A stretch of DNA of 24,885 nucleotides from Gemmatimonadales bacterium (GTDB taxonomy: Bacteria; Gemmatimonadota; Gemmatimonadetes; Gemmatimonadales; GWC2-71-9), in the NCBI GenBank assembly GCA_045803455.1, contig JBJMPB010000125.1:1-24885 (forward strand). The letters run 5' to 3'. This document shows, one piece after another, positions 1 through 8,526 of this stretch (position 1 is its first letter; each line of letters opens with the position of its first letter). The notes beneath the pieces were generated by a model. That model did no database searches. It was not told the DNA's origin and saw nothing but the letters and a program-made list of their open reading frames with translations. Made by a program: the position numbers and the translations under genes.

Positions 1-1506
1 CCGACCGAAGCAACCACCGGGGAGGAGGCGTATTGGCGGCGAAAGCTGGGACACCTCACTGGGACGAACAACCTGGAGTACGACAACGACGCGGTCAGCC
101 TAGATGCCAACCTGGTCCGGGCGACGTCGGCTAACCCGGCCGGCTGGTTCGCCAGTTACCACGCCTATCCGTACTACCCCGATTTCATGAATCTCGACCC
201 GGCATACCGAAGGGCTCGCTCCAGTGAGGGACCGTCGAACTATTTCGGCTACTTACGGGATCTCGTGATGCATCACCCCGGAATTCCGACTCTCATCGCC
301 GAGTACGGGGTTCCGTCCAGCCGGGGGGTTGCCCATTTCCAGGCCCAGGGCAGGGACCATGGGGGGCACGATGAAGTAGCCATGGCCACCATAGATGCCC
401 GGCTCACCCGCGAAATCCGCGAGGCTGGAGCGGCGGGCTCCATTCTGTTCGCCTGGATGGACGAGTGGTTCAAGAGGAATTGGGCGGTGATGGACTACGA
501 GATACCGCCGGACAATACCCGACGGTGGCACAACACCATGGACCCAGAGCAGCACTACGGGATCCTGGGTCAGTACGCCGGGGACTCGGGGAGCTCTCCA
601 AGGCTCGGCGGCAATCCGTCCGGCTGGCGGCGCCTCGCGCTGGTTCAGCGAGCCGACAAAGTAATTGCTGCCGCACCCCGGGCACTTCGAGCCGGCTCGG
701 ATGAGTCATTCATGTATCTGGCTGTCGAGCTCGATCGGGCAAGCTTCTCCTGGGACTCACTGAGCGTGCAGCTGGCCATTGACACCCACGAGCCAAAAAT
801 GGGGCAACATACGCTGCCGCGCACCTCGACCCGAAGTGAGATCGGATTCGAGTTTCTGGTGGATCTGACATCTCCGGACTCGGCCTCGATCCAGGTCCTT
901 CCGGAATACAACAGATATGATGCCCGGGTATCATCCGTCGGCGACGATTATGGAAGATTCTCCCGGCGGCCGGTGGCTACGCGGAACCGCAGCGATGGCC
1001 GTTTCAATCCGGAGCTCATCATCATCAATCGGGCACGGTTTGGCCGGGACGGAGAGCTCTACCCTGCCCAACGGTACGACCGAGGCCGTCTGCGCTACGG
1101 CACCGAGAACAGTTCGACTCTTTCGGATTGGTATTACGATAGGCAGGCGGGAATTCTCGAGCTCCGGATATCGTGGGACTTGATCAATGTGACGGATCCA
1201 TCCAGCCGGACTCTCTTGTCAGACACACAAGCAAGCGGTGATTTCGGCACTGCCTCAGGCGACGCGTTTCACTTCGGAGTGGAGGTATACCGGAAAAATG
1301 CCAGCAGCCGAGTAGCCGGAGCTCTTCCGACCTCAAGCAACGGCGTCTGGTCGGCTGCCGAGTTCCAGCCCTGGCGCTGGAGAGGTTGGACGGTGCCGCG
1401 ATCGCATGCCCGGCTCAAACCAGTGTACGACAGTCTCAGACTGTTGTGGCAGCAGGCTCCCCCCAGGGAGCCGGCTTCACCCGGGCGGAGAGCTCCTTCT
1501 GAGTGA
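1..1506 (+). CDS. Clan GH-A-like TIM-barrel glycoside hydrolase-like protein with C-terminal beta-rich domain; 5' partial
   Basis: Frame 1 is open from base 1 (PTEATTGEEAYW...WFASYHAYPYYPDFM), so the ORF-track start at 187 is internal. Motifs YHAYPYY, IAEYG and FAWMDEW match the H-x-Y (beta6), nucleophile E-x-G (beta7) and W (beta8) pattern of clan GH-A enzymes. No specific GH family can be assigned by eye. Confidence 0.65.
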   Translation, partial: PTEATTGEEAYWRRKLGHLTGTNNLEYDNDAVSLDANLVRATSANPAGWFASYHAYPYYPDFMNLDPAYRRARSSEGPSNYFGYLRDLVMHHPGIPTLIAEYGVPSSRGVAHFQAQGRDHGGHDEVAMATIDARLTREIREAGAAGSILFAWMDEWFKRNWAVMDYEIPPDNTRRWHNTMDPEQHYGILGQYAGDSGSSPRLGGNPSGWRRLALVQRADKVIAAAPRALRAGSDESFMYLAVELDRASFSWDSLSVQLAIDTHEPKMGQHTLPRTSTRSEIGFEFLVDLTSPDSASIQVLPEYNRYDARVSSVGDDYGRFSRRPVATRNRSDGRFNPELIIINRARFGRDGELYPAQRYDRGRLRYGTENSSTLSDWYYDRQAGILELRISWDLINVTDPSSRTLLSDTQASGDFGTASGDAFHFGVEVYRKNASSRVAGALPTSSNGVWSAAEFQPWRWRGWTVPRSHARLKPVYDSLRLLWQQAPPREPASPGRRAPSE

Positions 1507-3224
1507 TCGGAGGGGCTCTAAACTTGCCACGCAGCTTTCATCCCCCATCCCCTGCCGAAGCGGAAACAGGCAACTCCTTGAGTCGACGGTCATTGCGGGA
1601 TTCGGCCCGGCCCGACAGGCAAACTGTGAGCCGGGGTCAGTGCAAAACGCGCCCGGGCTACTGGAACTGCGGAGTCCTGTTCGGCTGCCTGGCCCTGCTT
1701 GTCACCGCCCCCTTATCTGCCCAACAGGCTCAGGCGGATGAAGCCTGGTCACACGGGCAGTATGAGACGGCACGCGCTGCATATCAGCGCGTACTGGCGC
1801 AGGAGCCCGGGAATGTACGAGCCAATCTTCGGCTTGGCGTCATGTTCTCGTGGGAGAACAAACTCGACTCTTCGCTAGTGTACCTGGCTCGCGCGCGCGT
1901 GGGAGATCCGGCAGATGTGGAGATTCGGCTGATTCAGGCCCGGGTCCTGGCCTGGCACCAGCAGTACGACGCGGCTTTGCTGCGATACGACAGCGTTCTA
2001 GCGACTCACCCGGGTTTGCGCGATGCTTCACTCGGACGAGCTCAAACGCTCGCCTGGGCGGGAAAATTGGAACAGTCGCGCTCTCTCTATGAGCAGATCC
2101 TGGCCCGTGACTCCACCGATGTGGAAGCCATGCTGGGGCGAGCACGGGTCAGCGCCTGGAGCGGCGACCTTGCATCTGCCGAGGAGGCCTATCACCAGCT
2201 GCTCACCCGGGATTCTCGCGATCTCGAGGCGAGAGTTGGCCTGGGGTACGTGTACCTCTGGCAGGGCCGAGAGGCCGCAGCCGAGCGCCAGGCGAACTAC
2301 GTTCTGGCTATCGAGCCGAACCACAAAGGGGGCCAAGAGCTGCGTCGGGTTGCCCGGGAGGCTTCGCGGCCCTCGGTAGATGCCTCGGTCAATTGGAGCA
2401 ACGACTCGGATGAGAACACGAGCCTCTGGCAGACACTAGGGTCCACAGCGACGCTGGGGCAAGGCGTATGGGTGTTCGGATCGGTCAATGCGCTCGAGAC
2501 TAGCGATCCGGTGCGGGAGGCAACCCGGGTCGGCGGTGAGGCGGGACTCTCGTATCGGACTGCAAAGGTGCAGCTGCAGGGTGCCGCAGGAGCCCGCAGG
2601 CTTGTGCCCGAAGTGGCGCCGCCTCGAACCGTGGCAACCTATCGCGCACGGGCGAGCTATCGCCCGGTGTCTCGGCTGGGAGTCAGTCTGGGCTACTCCC
2701 GGCAGCCCTTCGACGAGATCGCGGCGCTGATAGAGCAGGGGCTCGACATCGAGTCGCTTGACGCAGGCCTGGACGCGAAACCAACAACAACCCTCACCCT
2801 GTACGCCGGGCCGGGCGCGGCCTGGCTCACAGATGGAAACAGTCGCACCAGCTTCTCGGCAGGTCTGAATCAGAAGATCGGACGCAAGTTCGTGGTGGGA
2901 GTATTCGGCCGAACACTGAGCTATGAGCAACAAGGAGTAGGGTACTTTTCACCGGACCGCTTCTCCTTACTCGAGGGAACGGCGGGCTATTCCCACGAGA
3001 CCGGAAAGTGGGGCGCCAGTCTCAGTGGAGGACTTGGCGCCCAGCAGATCGGCGAGGAAGGAGCAGCGCAATCGGAGTGGCATCTCGAGGGCCGGGTTGG
3101 ACCACGATGGAGTAGTGGCAGCAGAATCGAGGTGTTCGGACTGGTGACCAACAGTGCTGTCAGCAGCACCACCGGAGCCTTCCGTCATAGGGCCGCCGGC
3201 CTGATCGCACGGATCGGCCTTTAG
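1503..3224 (+). CDS. TPR-repeat plus C-terminal beta-barrel outer-membrane protein, PgaA/BcsC-like polysaccharide export porin
   Basis: Signal-peptide-like segment (GVLFGCLALLVTAPLSA-QQ), about six 34-aa TPR units, then alternating amphipathic beta strands with TDGNSR and GYFSP motifs resembling PgaA-type barrels. Start is uncertain: GTG 1503 overlaps the upstream stop as GTGA; in-frame GTG 1626 gives a more normal signal peptide. Confidence 0.7.
   Translation: MIGGALNLPRSFHPPSPAEAETGNSLSRRSLRDSARPDRQTVSRGQCKTRPGYWNCGVLFGCLALLVTAPLSAQQAQADEAWSHGQYETARAAYQRVLAQEPGNVRANLRLGVMFSWENKLDSSLVYLARARVGDPADVEIRLIQARVLAWHQQYDAALLRYDSVLATHPGLRDASLGRAQTLAWAGKLEQSRSLYEQILARDSTDVEAMLGRARVSAWSGDLASAEEAYHQLLTRDSRDLEARVGLGYVYLWQGREAAAERQANYVLAIEPNHKGGQELRRVAREASRPSVDASVNWSNDSDENTSLWQTLGSTATLGQGVWVFGSVNALETSDPVREATRVGGEAGLSYRTAKVQLQGAAGARRLVPEVAPPRTVATYRARASYRPVSRLGVSLGYSRQPFDEIAALIEQGLDIESLDAGLDAKPTTTLTLYAGPGAAWLTDGNSRTSFSAGLNQKIGRKFVVGVFGRTLSYEQQGVGYFSPDRFSLLEGTAGYSHETGKWGASLSGGLGAQQIGEEGAAQSEWHLEGRVGPRWSSGSRIEVFGLVTNSAVSSTTGAFRHRAAGLIARIGL
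1737..2345 (+). repeat. Protein-level TPR array (about 6 x 34 aa) within the porin gene
   Basis: Trp at ORF residues 117, 151, 185, 219 and 253 (exact 34-aa spacing); recurring A-x-x-L/S-A-W and Y-x-x-x-L-x-x-x-P/S patterns. Confidence 0.85.
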
Positions 3225-3240
3225 TCGCAGGAAACGTTGG

Positions 3241-4266
3241 ATGCGCATTCTGGTTATCGGCGGGACCAATTTTATCGGGCCCCATGTCGTAACCCAGCTG
3301 CACCGGCAAGGCCACGAGGTCACGGTCTATCACCGTGGGGTGCACGAGCCCGACCTTCCCTCCGCCGTGCGCCACATCCACAGCTCCAGAGCAGCCATCC
3401 CGATTCTGCATTTCCCCTCTGTACTGAGCGAGCCTCGTCCCGACGTAGTGCTGCACATGTTCCCGGTGGGAGCGGAGGATACCCGCGCCGCCCTCGCAAG
3501 ATTCACGGGCATCGCGCAGCGAATGGTGGCCGTGAGCAGCGGAGACGTGTATCGAGCCTACGGCAGACTGCTGAACATCGAGCCGGGGCCTCCGGAGCCG
3601 ATGCCGCTGCAGGAAGACGCGCCGCTCCGCGAGACTCACTTTCCGTATCGCGAGGCTGCGGCCGGCCCGATGGATTGGACGTACCACTACGACAAGATTC
3701 TCGCGGAACGGGCGTTGTTGGAGAGCCGCCTGCCTGCCACCGTCCTGCGACTGCCTGCAGTCTATGGCCCGGGCGATCCGCATCATCGGCTTCGGCCGTA
3801 TGTCAGGAGGATGCAGGATCTGAGGCCGGTGATCCTGATCGATGCCTTACAGGCCCGATGGCGCTGGACCCACGGGTATGTAGAGGACATAGCCCGGGCG
3901 ATCACAGCGGCCGTGGTGGATCCGCGAGCAACGGAGAAGGTTTACAACCTGGGGGAAGCGTCAACACCCACCATGGCCGAGCGGATTGATCAGATCGGGC
4001 GATTGATGGACTGGCGGGGGCAGCTCGTATCGTTGAGCACAGAGCGGTTGCCCCGGCATCTACAGACTCCGTTCTACGCGCGGCAGGACTTGGTGATGGA
4101 CAGCCGGAGAATTCGAGTCGAGCTGGATTACACAGAGGTTGTGAGCGACGAAGAGGCCCTCAGGCGTACCATCGAATATGAGCATCGGAGCGAAGTCGTT
4201 CCGGGCGACCCCGGCGCTCAGGAGTATGCGGCGGAAGACCAGGCGGTTCAGCGAGGCGACACGTAG
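3241..4266 (+). CDS. NAD-dependent epimerase/dehydratase family protein (extended/atypical SDR)
   Basis: N-terminal Rossmann motif ILVIGGTNFIG, VSSGDVY, YxxxK (YHYDK), LRLPAVYGP, HGYVED, VYNLG; purine-rich AGGAAA upstream of the ATG. Confidence 0.85.
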   Translation: MRILVIGGTNFIGPHVVTQLHRQGHEVTVYHRGVHEPDLPSAVRHIHSSRAAIPILHFPSVLSEPRPDVVLHMFPVGAEDTRAALARFTGIAQRMVAVSSGDVYRAYGRLLNIEPGPPEPMPLQEDAPLRETHFPYREAAAGPMDWTYHYDKILAERALLESRLPATVLRLPAVYGPGDPHHRLRPYVRRMQDLRPVILIDALQARWRWTHGYVEDIARAITAAVVDPRATEKVYNLGEASTPTMAERIDQIGRLMDWRGQLVSLSTERLPRHLQTPFYARQDLVMDSRRIRVELDYTEVVSDEEALRRTIEYEHRSEVVPGDPGAQEYAAEDQAVQRGDT

Positions 4267-5726
4267 GTCTCGAAGAAGCCCGCGCCTGAATCGCTCACGG
4301 TTTCCCCCAGTACTCTCCCCCGCAGGTTGAAGTGCCCCCGCATCTGGAGGAAGGCTCGCCGAAAACCCTCGGCATTGCTGGGCGTGGCCAGCGCGTCTTC
4401 CACCTCCACGGCCAGGCGGAGGGAATCCTGGTCCCGCGTTGCCACCAACTCGAAGCGGCTCGGCGCAGTGAACCCGGGGCGACCCCGAGCCGGACGGGAT
4501 CCAGTGTAATGGATGGTGTTGAAGCGCAGCACCTGCTTGACCCCGAGCGAGTCCTCCAAAGTGAGAAAAAACGGAGAGCGCACCGCGGATGCTTCGCTCT
4601 GGTTCCGCTCCGGTCCATATACCCCGCCATATAGCACGGCCAGGCGTTTTCCCTGCCCCGCTCCCCACTCCCAGGTGACGTCACGCCAGACACCCCAGTT
4701 GTGATCATGATAGGCAGGAACCTGATGAAATTTCCGGCAGCGCCCAGCCACGCAGATAGAGCCGGAAGCGTGAGCAACCAGCCCGGGGACGACGTAGCCG
4801 GAGACGAACTCGTCACTCCGCAGCTCGACCGGCGGGAAATAGCGGTTGGACGCGGGCTGCAGGATGACATCGATTCGTACCGTCCCGGCGGATCCCGACG
4901 CGCCGCCGATCAGATGGTACACGCCGTCGCGCTGCGTCACCGAGCTTCCGCCTACCATCAAGTCTGCCCGGGTGGTGTCGAGCTGTACCCGCTGCGACGG
5001 CTCCCGGAGCAGAAAGCGCTGGTACTCCCCATCGGCTTGCCGGTGAGTCACCAGCAGCTGGCCACCCCAGCGGCCCGCTGCTGCCGGGTTGTGCTGGTCC
5101 GGAGGGATCTCGCCACCCACCAGGTACGTGATGTACCACCACTCGGTTTCCGAAGGGACAATGTTGAAGTAGTGCCACTCGCCCCAGGTGGAGTCGGCGA
5201 GGGGTGGAATGTGGAAGCGATCGAGCTCGTCGTAGAGCTGCTGGCTCGAGGGTGCGAGGTAAGCCGAATCAGCAGGCAGGTCTTTCCATGAACCGGCAAG
5301 GAGGTTCAATCCCGACCCAACGCTCGCGGCCCGGCTCGGAATTTCGCCTCCCGCTCTGACGGGGAGCACGCGATTACCTCTTTGGAGATAGAGCAGCTTG
5401 CCTTCAACCGTCGGGGAAACGGTCCGGACCAGGTCCTGGTGACGCACTCCGCCGAACACCTGGCGGACGAGGAAGCGGGCCCGGTCAACCCCAAAGAACA
5501 TGCTGCCGATTCCACCGGTTCTCATGGCTTCCACATCGATCCCCTGAGGCAGCACCGTGACCTCCCCTCCCCCGACCAGAGACACATCGCGTGATTGGTC
5601 CAGCATGGCCTGACCCACGGAGAGGAGGACAATCATAACGCCCACTCCGAGCGAGAAACCCAGGAGCAGGAAGAGGGAACGGAGCTTCCGGACCAGCAAA
5701 TGCCGGAAAGCCAGTATGGCTATCAC
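4248..5726 (-). CDS. Fusion of a MacB/LolCE-type permease N-terminal fragment (TM1 plus half of the periplasmic domain) to an AttH/CrtC-like (lipocalin-like tandem beta-barrel) domain
   Basis: Residues 1-45 (LAFRHLLVRKLRSLFLLLGFSLGVGVMIVLLSVG) are a typical type VII ABC permease amphipathic helix plus TM1. Similarity to the neighbouring permease continues to LLAGSW (residues 142-147). No further TM segment follows. The rest carries EWHYF (5166-5180), YHDHNWG (4692-4712) and WEWG, resembling the EWWY / DHxW / WDW motifs of AttH, CrtC and tocopherol cyclase. GTG start overlaps the ATPase stop (GTGA). Confidence 0.7.
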   Translation of the reverse strand: MIAILAFRHLLVRKLRSLFLLLGFSLGVGVMIVLLSVGQAMLDQSRDVSLVGGGEVTVLPQGIDVEAMRTGGIGSMFFGVDRARFLVRQVFGGVRHQDLVRTVSPTVEGKLLYLQRGNRVLPVRAGGEIPSRAASVGSGLNLLAGSWKDLPADSAYLAPSSQQLYDELDRFHIPPLADSTWGEWHYFNIVPSETEWWYITYLVGGEIPPDQHNPAAAGRWGGQLLVTHRQADGEYQRFLLREPSQRVQLDTTRADLMVGGSSVTQRDGVYHLIGGASGSAGTVRIDVILQPASNRYFPPVELRSDEFVSGYVVPGLVAHASGSICVAGRCRKFHQVPAYHDHNWGVWRDVTWEWGAGQGKRLAVLYGGVYGPERNQSEASAVRSPFFLTLEDSLGVKQVLRFNTIHYTGSRPARGRPGFTAPSRFELVATRDQDSLRLAVEVEDALATPSNAEGFRRAFLQMRGHFNLRGRVLGETVSDSGAGFFETYVSPR

Positions 5727-6448
5727 GCGGTAGAAGCGGGGAGCCCGGGAACGGCGGACGACTCCGCGCCCTCGGGGATGACGATGTGGCCGTCCAACAT
5801 GTGAATTATCCGATCGGCCTGCTCTGCCAGCCGGTCGTCGTGGGTGACCACCACCAGCGTCGTTCCATCCTGATTCAGCCGGCGGAATAGATCGAGGATC
5901 TCGTGGCCGGTGGCTGCGTCCAGCTCGCCGGTGGGCTCATCGGCCAGGAGAAGCGCCGGCCGGTTGGCCAGGGCGCGAGCTATGGCCACTCGCTGCATCT
6001 CTCCGCCTGAGAGCTGCGTGGCCCGGTGCCGAGCCCGGTGGTCCAGCCCTACATAGCCCAGCAACTCGAGGGCTCGAGCGCGCCGGTGATCCCGGGGCAC
6101 TCCGGCTTCCGCCATGGGAAGCTCCACGTTCTCTTGCGCTGTTAGCACCGGAAGCAGGTGAAATCGCTGGAAGATGAAGCCCAGCCGAGTAAGCCGAAGG
6201 CGGGTGAGCTCGCGATCGGAGAGTGATTCCAGAACCGTTCCCAGGATCTCCACCGTGCCCGAGGTCGGTGAATCGATTCCGCCGATGAGTTGCAGCAGCG
6301 TGGACTTGCCGCTGCCGGAGGGACCAACCACTGCTACGTACTCACCGGCGCCAATCTCCAGTGACACCCCTCGCAAGGCATGCACGGCTTCGCCGTACAT
6401 CGGGTAATCCTTCCGGAGGTCGCGCGCGACCAGCACCGGCCGGCTCAT
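5723..6448 (-). CDS. ABC transporter ATP-binding protein, LolD/MacB family
   Basis: Walker [11 protein letters not shown]-loop FIFQRFHLL, signature LSGGEMQR, Walker B/D-loop [12 protein letters not shown]-loop VTHD. ATG 6448 overlaps the upstream stop (ATGA); the longer ORF-track start at 6499 is less likely. Confidence 0.95.
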   Translation of the reverse strand: MSRPVLVARDLRKDYPMYGEAVHALRGVSLEIGAGEYVAVVGPSGSGKSTLLQLIGGIDSPTSGTVEILGTVLESLSDRELTRLRLTRLGFIFQRFHLLPVLTAQENVELPMAEAGVPRDHRRARALELLGYVGLDHRARHRATQLSGGEMQRVAIARALANRPALLLADEPTGELDAATGHEILDLFRRLNQDGTTLVVVTHDDRLAEQADRIIHMLDGHIVIPEGAESSAVPGLPASTA

Positions 6449-7638
6449 GCCGCCTCGGCCCGAAGCACCGCGGCGATGGCTGTCCGCGAGGCGAGCCACG
6501 CCGGATACAGTGCAGACAGAGAACCGGTCAGCAACAGGACCAGCGCCGCTCTGAAAAGGCTCTCCCGCCGGGGCACGAAGAAGGAGAACGCAGCGGGGAG
6601 GCCGGGAAAGCTGGTCAGGATACTGTCGAGGTAACGGGCGGTGACCAAACCGAGCACGATACCCAGAAGGGATCCGATGGCAGTGAGCGATACACCCTGC
6701 AGCAGCACCTCGCGTATCACCGTAGCACGGCTGATACCGATAGCTCGCAGCGTGGCGATCTCCCCCAGCCGCTCGTTGACCGTGATGGTAAGCAGGGTCG
6801 CGATCAGCAGCACCGTCACGATAAGACTCATGCTGCCGAGGATGTAGGAGAGCTGCCGAAAGTAGACCAGACGCTGCTTGAACTCTCGGACGAGGTCGGC
6901 CACGCTGTTCACTTCAAGCTGAGGGAACCGCTCACGCAGAGTTTTGGCCACGGCGGGAGCGGCAGTGTCCTCAGTGGCCCTGACCATCAGCAGGGAGGCT
7001 TGATCCCCCACTCTCTTCCCCGCCAGCGACTGCATCACCGGCAGCAGCGTGCCGACCGACGGCTGGTCCCGGTAGTCGTACACCCAGCGCACCAGACCCC
7101 TAACCCCCGCCGTCCGGCCCACCGCGGCGGTGACGACCTGCGGATCCAGGCGGCCCACCAGGGTGACACTATCTCCGACCTTTGCCTGAAGCACTCGCGC
7201 CGCCGGCAGGCTGAGCAGTACGCCGGTGCTGTCGCGGGGACTCAGGTCTCCTCCGGCGATAACGGTGTAGAGGGCCTGCGCCTCGGGCTGGATCCCGTAG
7301 CCAAACAGAGTGATGAGGCTGTCTCTGCGCCGGCCGTACAATGAGGCTCCCAAGACCGCTCCCGCCGCGGCAATGCCCGGTGTATGCCGGATCGAGGTAA
7401 CCAGCTGGGTGGCGCCGGACAGGGTGGCGTCGGTATCAAACGGCAGCGTTCCCTTGGGGGTCAGCCGGATCTGATATCCTCGGGCCAGAAGCAGCTCGGC
7501 AAATGACTTCTCGATTCCACCGCTCAGCATCACCATATCCAGCAGCATGGCTGCCGAGACCGCGATCCCTATGATCGAGAGGCCGGTCCGCAGTCGATGT
7601 CGCCCCAGGCTTTTGAGACTCCAGCCCAGCCCTGTCAC
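6445..7638 (-). CDS. ABC transporter permease, MacB/LolCE/FtsX type (complete, 4 TM)
   Basis: TM1 (LRTGLSIIGIAVSAAMLL), large periplasmic domain with VGDSVTL, TM2-4 with the ER..EIATLRAIG coupling motif, C-terminal YPAWLAS. GTG 7638 overlaps the upstream stop (GTGA). Confidence 0.92.
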   Translation of the reverse strand: MTGLGWSLKSLGRHRLRTGLSIIGIAVSAAMLLDMVMLSGGIEKSFAELLLARGYQIRLTPKGTLPFDTDATLSGATQLVTSIRHTPGIAAAGAVLGASLYGRRRDSLITLFGYGIQPEAQALYTVIAGGDLSPRDSTGVLLSLPAARVLQAKVGDSVTLVGRLDPQVVTAAVGRTAGVRGLVRWVYDYRDQPSVGTLLPVMQSLAGKRVGDQASLLMVRATEDTAAPAVAKTLRERFPQLEVNSVADLVREFKQRLVYFRQLSYILGSMSLIVTVLLIATLLTITVNERLGEIATLRAIGISRATVIREVLLQGVSLTAIGSLLGIVLGLVTARYLDSILTSFPGLPAAFSFFVPRRESLFRAALVLLLTGSLSALYPAWLASRTAIAAVLRAEAA

Positions 7639-8471
7639 CCGCGCCCCCACAGCACAAGGGGACGAGTCTGGACCAGTCTCCAGGCAGCGAGTGCACCAGC
7701 CACCGCTCCGAGCCCGAGCGACAGCACGACACTGAACCAGACGATGTCAGGCGTGATAATGGAGAAGGTCAGGACCGTATCGAAGAACCGGCGATAGTAG
7801 GCGTTGGTGGCCGCACCAGCCAGGTACGCCAATCCGGTTCCGAGCAGGCAGCCCAGAGCCGCCAGCAGAATGGCTTCCAGCAGAAGGGCGCCGAATATGG
7901 TGCGGCGCCGCACGCCCACAAATCGCATGACGGCGGCATCCAGCCGGCGTTCCTCCACCTTGAGGAGCATGATACAGAGGACGAACACCGTGCTGGCCAC
8001 GATGGTGATCACCGCAATCGCCCGGTGAAAGCGGCTGACCACTCGGAAGGTCTGCGAGGATTCCGCGGCAATGCTGGCCGACGGGAAGGCCCGGAACCCG
8101 TAGGCGCTCCGGTTTAGTACCTCGCTGGCTGAATCTGCAGAAATACCGGGCCTGAGACCGATACTTAGACGATCCACCCGGTCTGGGGACCCCAGGAGGG
8201 CCGCCAGGTCGGGAAGGTGCATCCGGAGATGGCGCTCGCGTTTGGCGATCTCAGCCGGATCCGCTCTGGGCTCGTAAATGGCCGAGATCTTCATCAGGCT
8301 ACCGGGCCTGTCCGGCCGGGGACCCAGTCGGACGCTGTCGCCCACCGAGAGCCCTAGCTCCTCGGCCAATTGACGCTCGACCGCGACCCCGCCCACTTGT
8401 GCCGCGGCCGGCCCGGTCACGACCGGCAGCAGGAACAGCAAGGCGCCCAAGTGTCGGGCCAGAGTAGTCAT
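7635..8471 (-). CDS. N-terminally truncated MacB/FtsX-type permease with a signal peptide (C-terminal half of periplasmic domain plus TM2-TM4)
   Basis: Signal-peptide-like MTTLARHLGALLFLLPVVTGPAAA-Q, then directly GVAVERQLAEELGLSVGDSVRL (mid-periplasmic MacB motif), then three TM segments with VEERRLDAAVMRFVG. 278 aa against 397 aa for the intact neighbour. Confidence 0.85.
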   Translation of the reverse strand: MTTLARHLGALLFLLPVVTGPAAAQVGGVAVERQLAEELGLSVGDSVRLGPRPDRPGSLMKISAIYEPRADPAEIAKRERHLRMHLPDLAALLGSPDRVDRLSIGLRPGISADSASEVLNRSAYGFRAFPSASIAAESSQTFRVVSRFHRAIAVITIVASTVFVLCIMLLKVEERRLDAAVMRFVGVRRRTIFGALLLEAILLAALGCLLGTGLAYLAGAATNAYYRRFFDTVLTFSIITPDIVWFSVVLSLGLGAVAGALAAWRLVQTRPLVLWGRG

Positions 8472-8526
8472 AAAGGAAACTAGTGCCGCACGGTTCCTTT
8501 CTGGGAATGCCTGGAGCAGAACATCT

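Noticed and set aside
3237-3989. 250-aa same-strand alternative-frame ORF over the epimerase
   Set aside because: Low-complexity Arg/Pro/Ala translation; the 3241 frame carries all family motifs.
6361-7344. 327-aa plus-strand ORF
   Set aside because: Antisense to the well-supported permease and ATPase; no recognisable domain.
4248-8471. Pseudogene or frameshift explanation for the two permease fragments
   Set aside because: The fragments are in reverse order and separated by two intact genes, both are translationally coupled, and the C-half has its own signal peptide.
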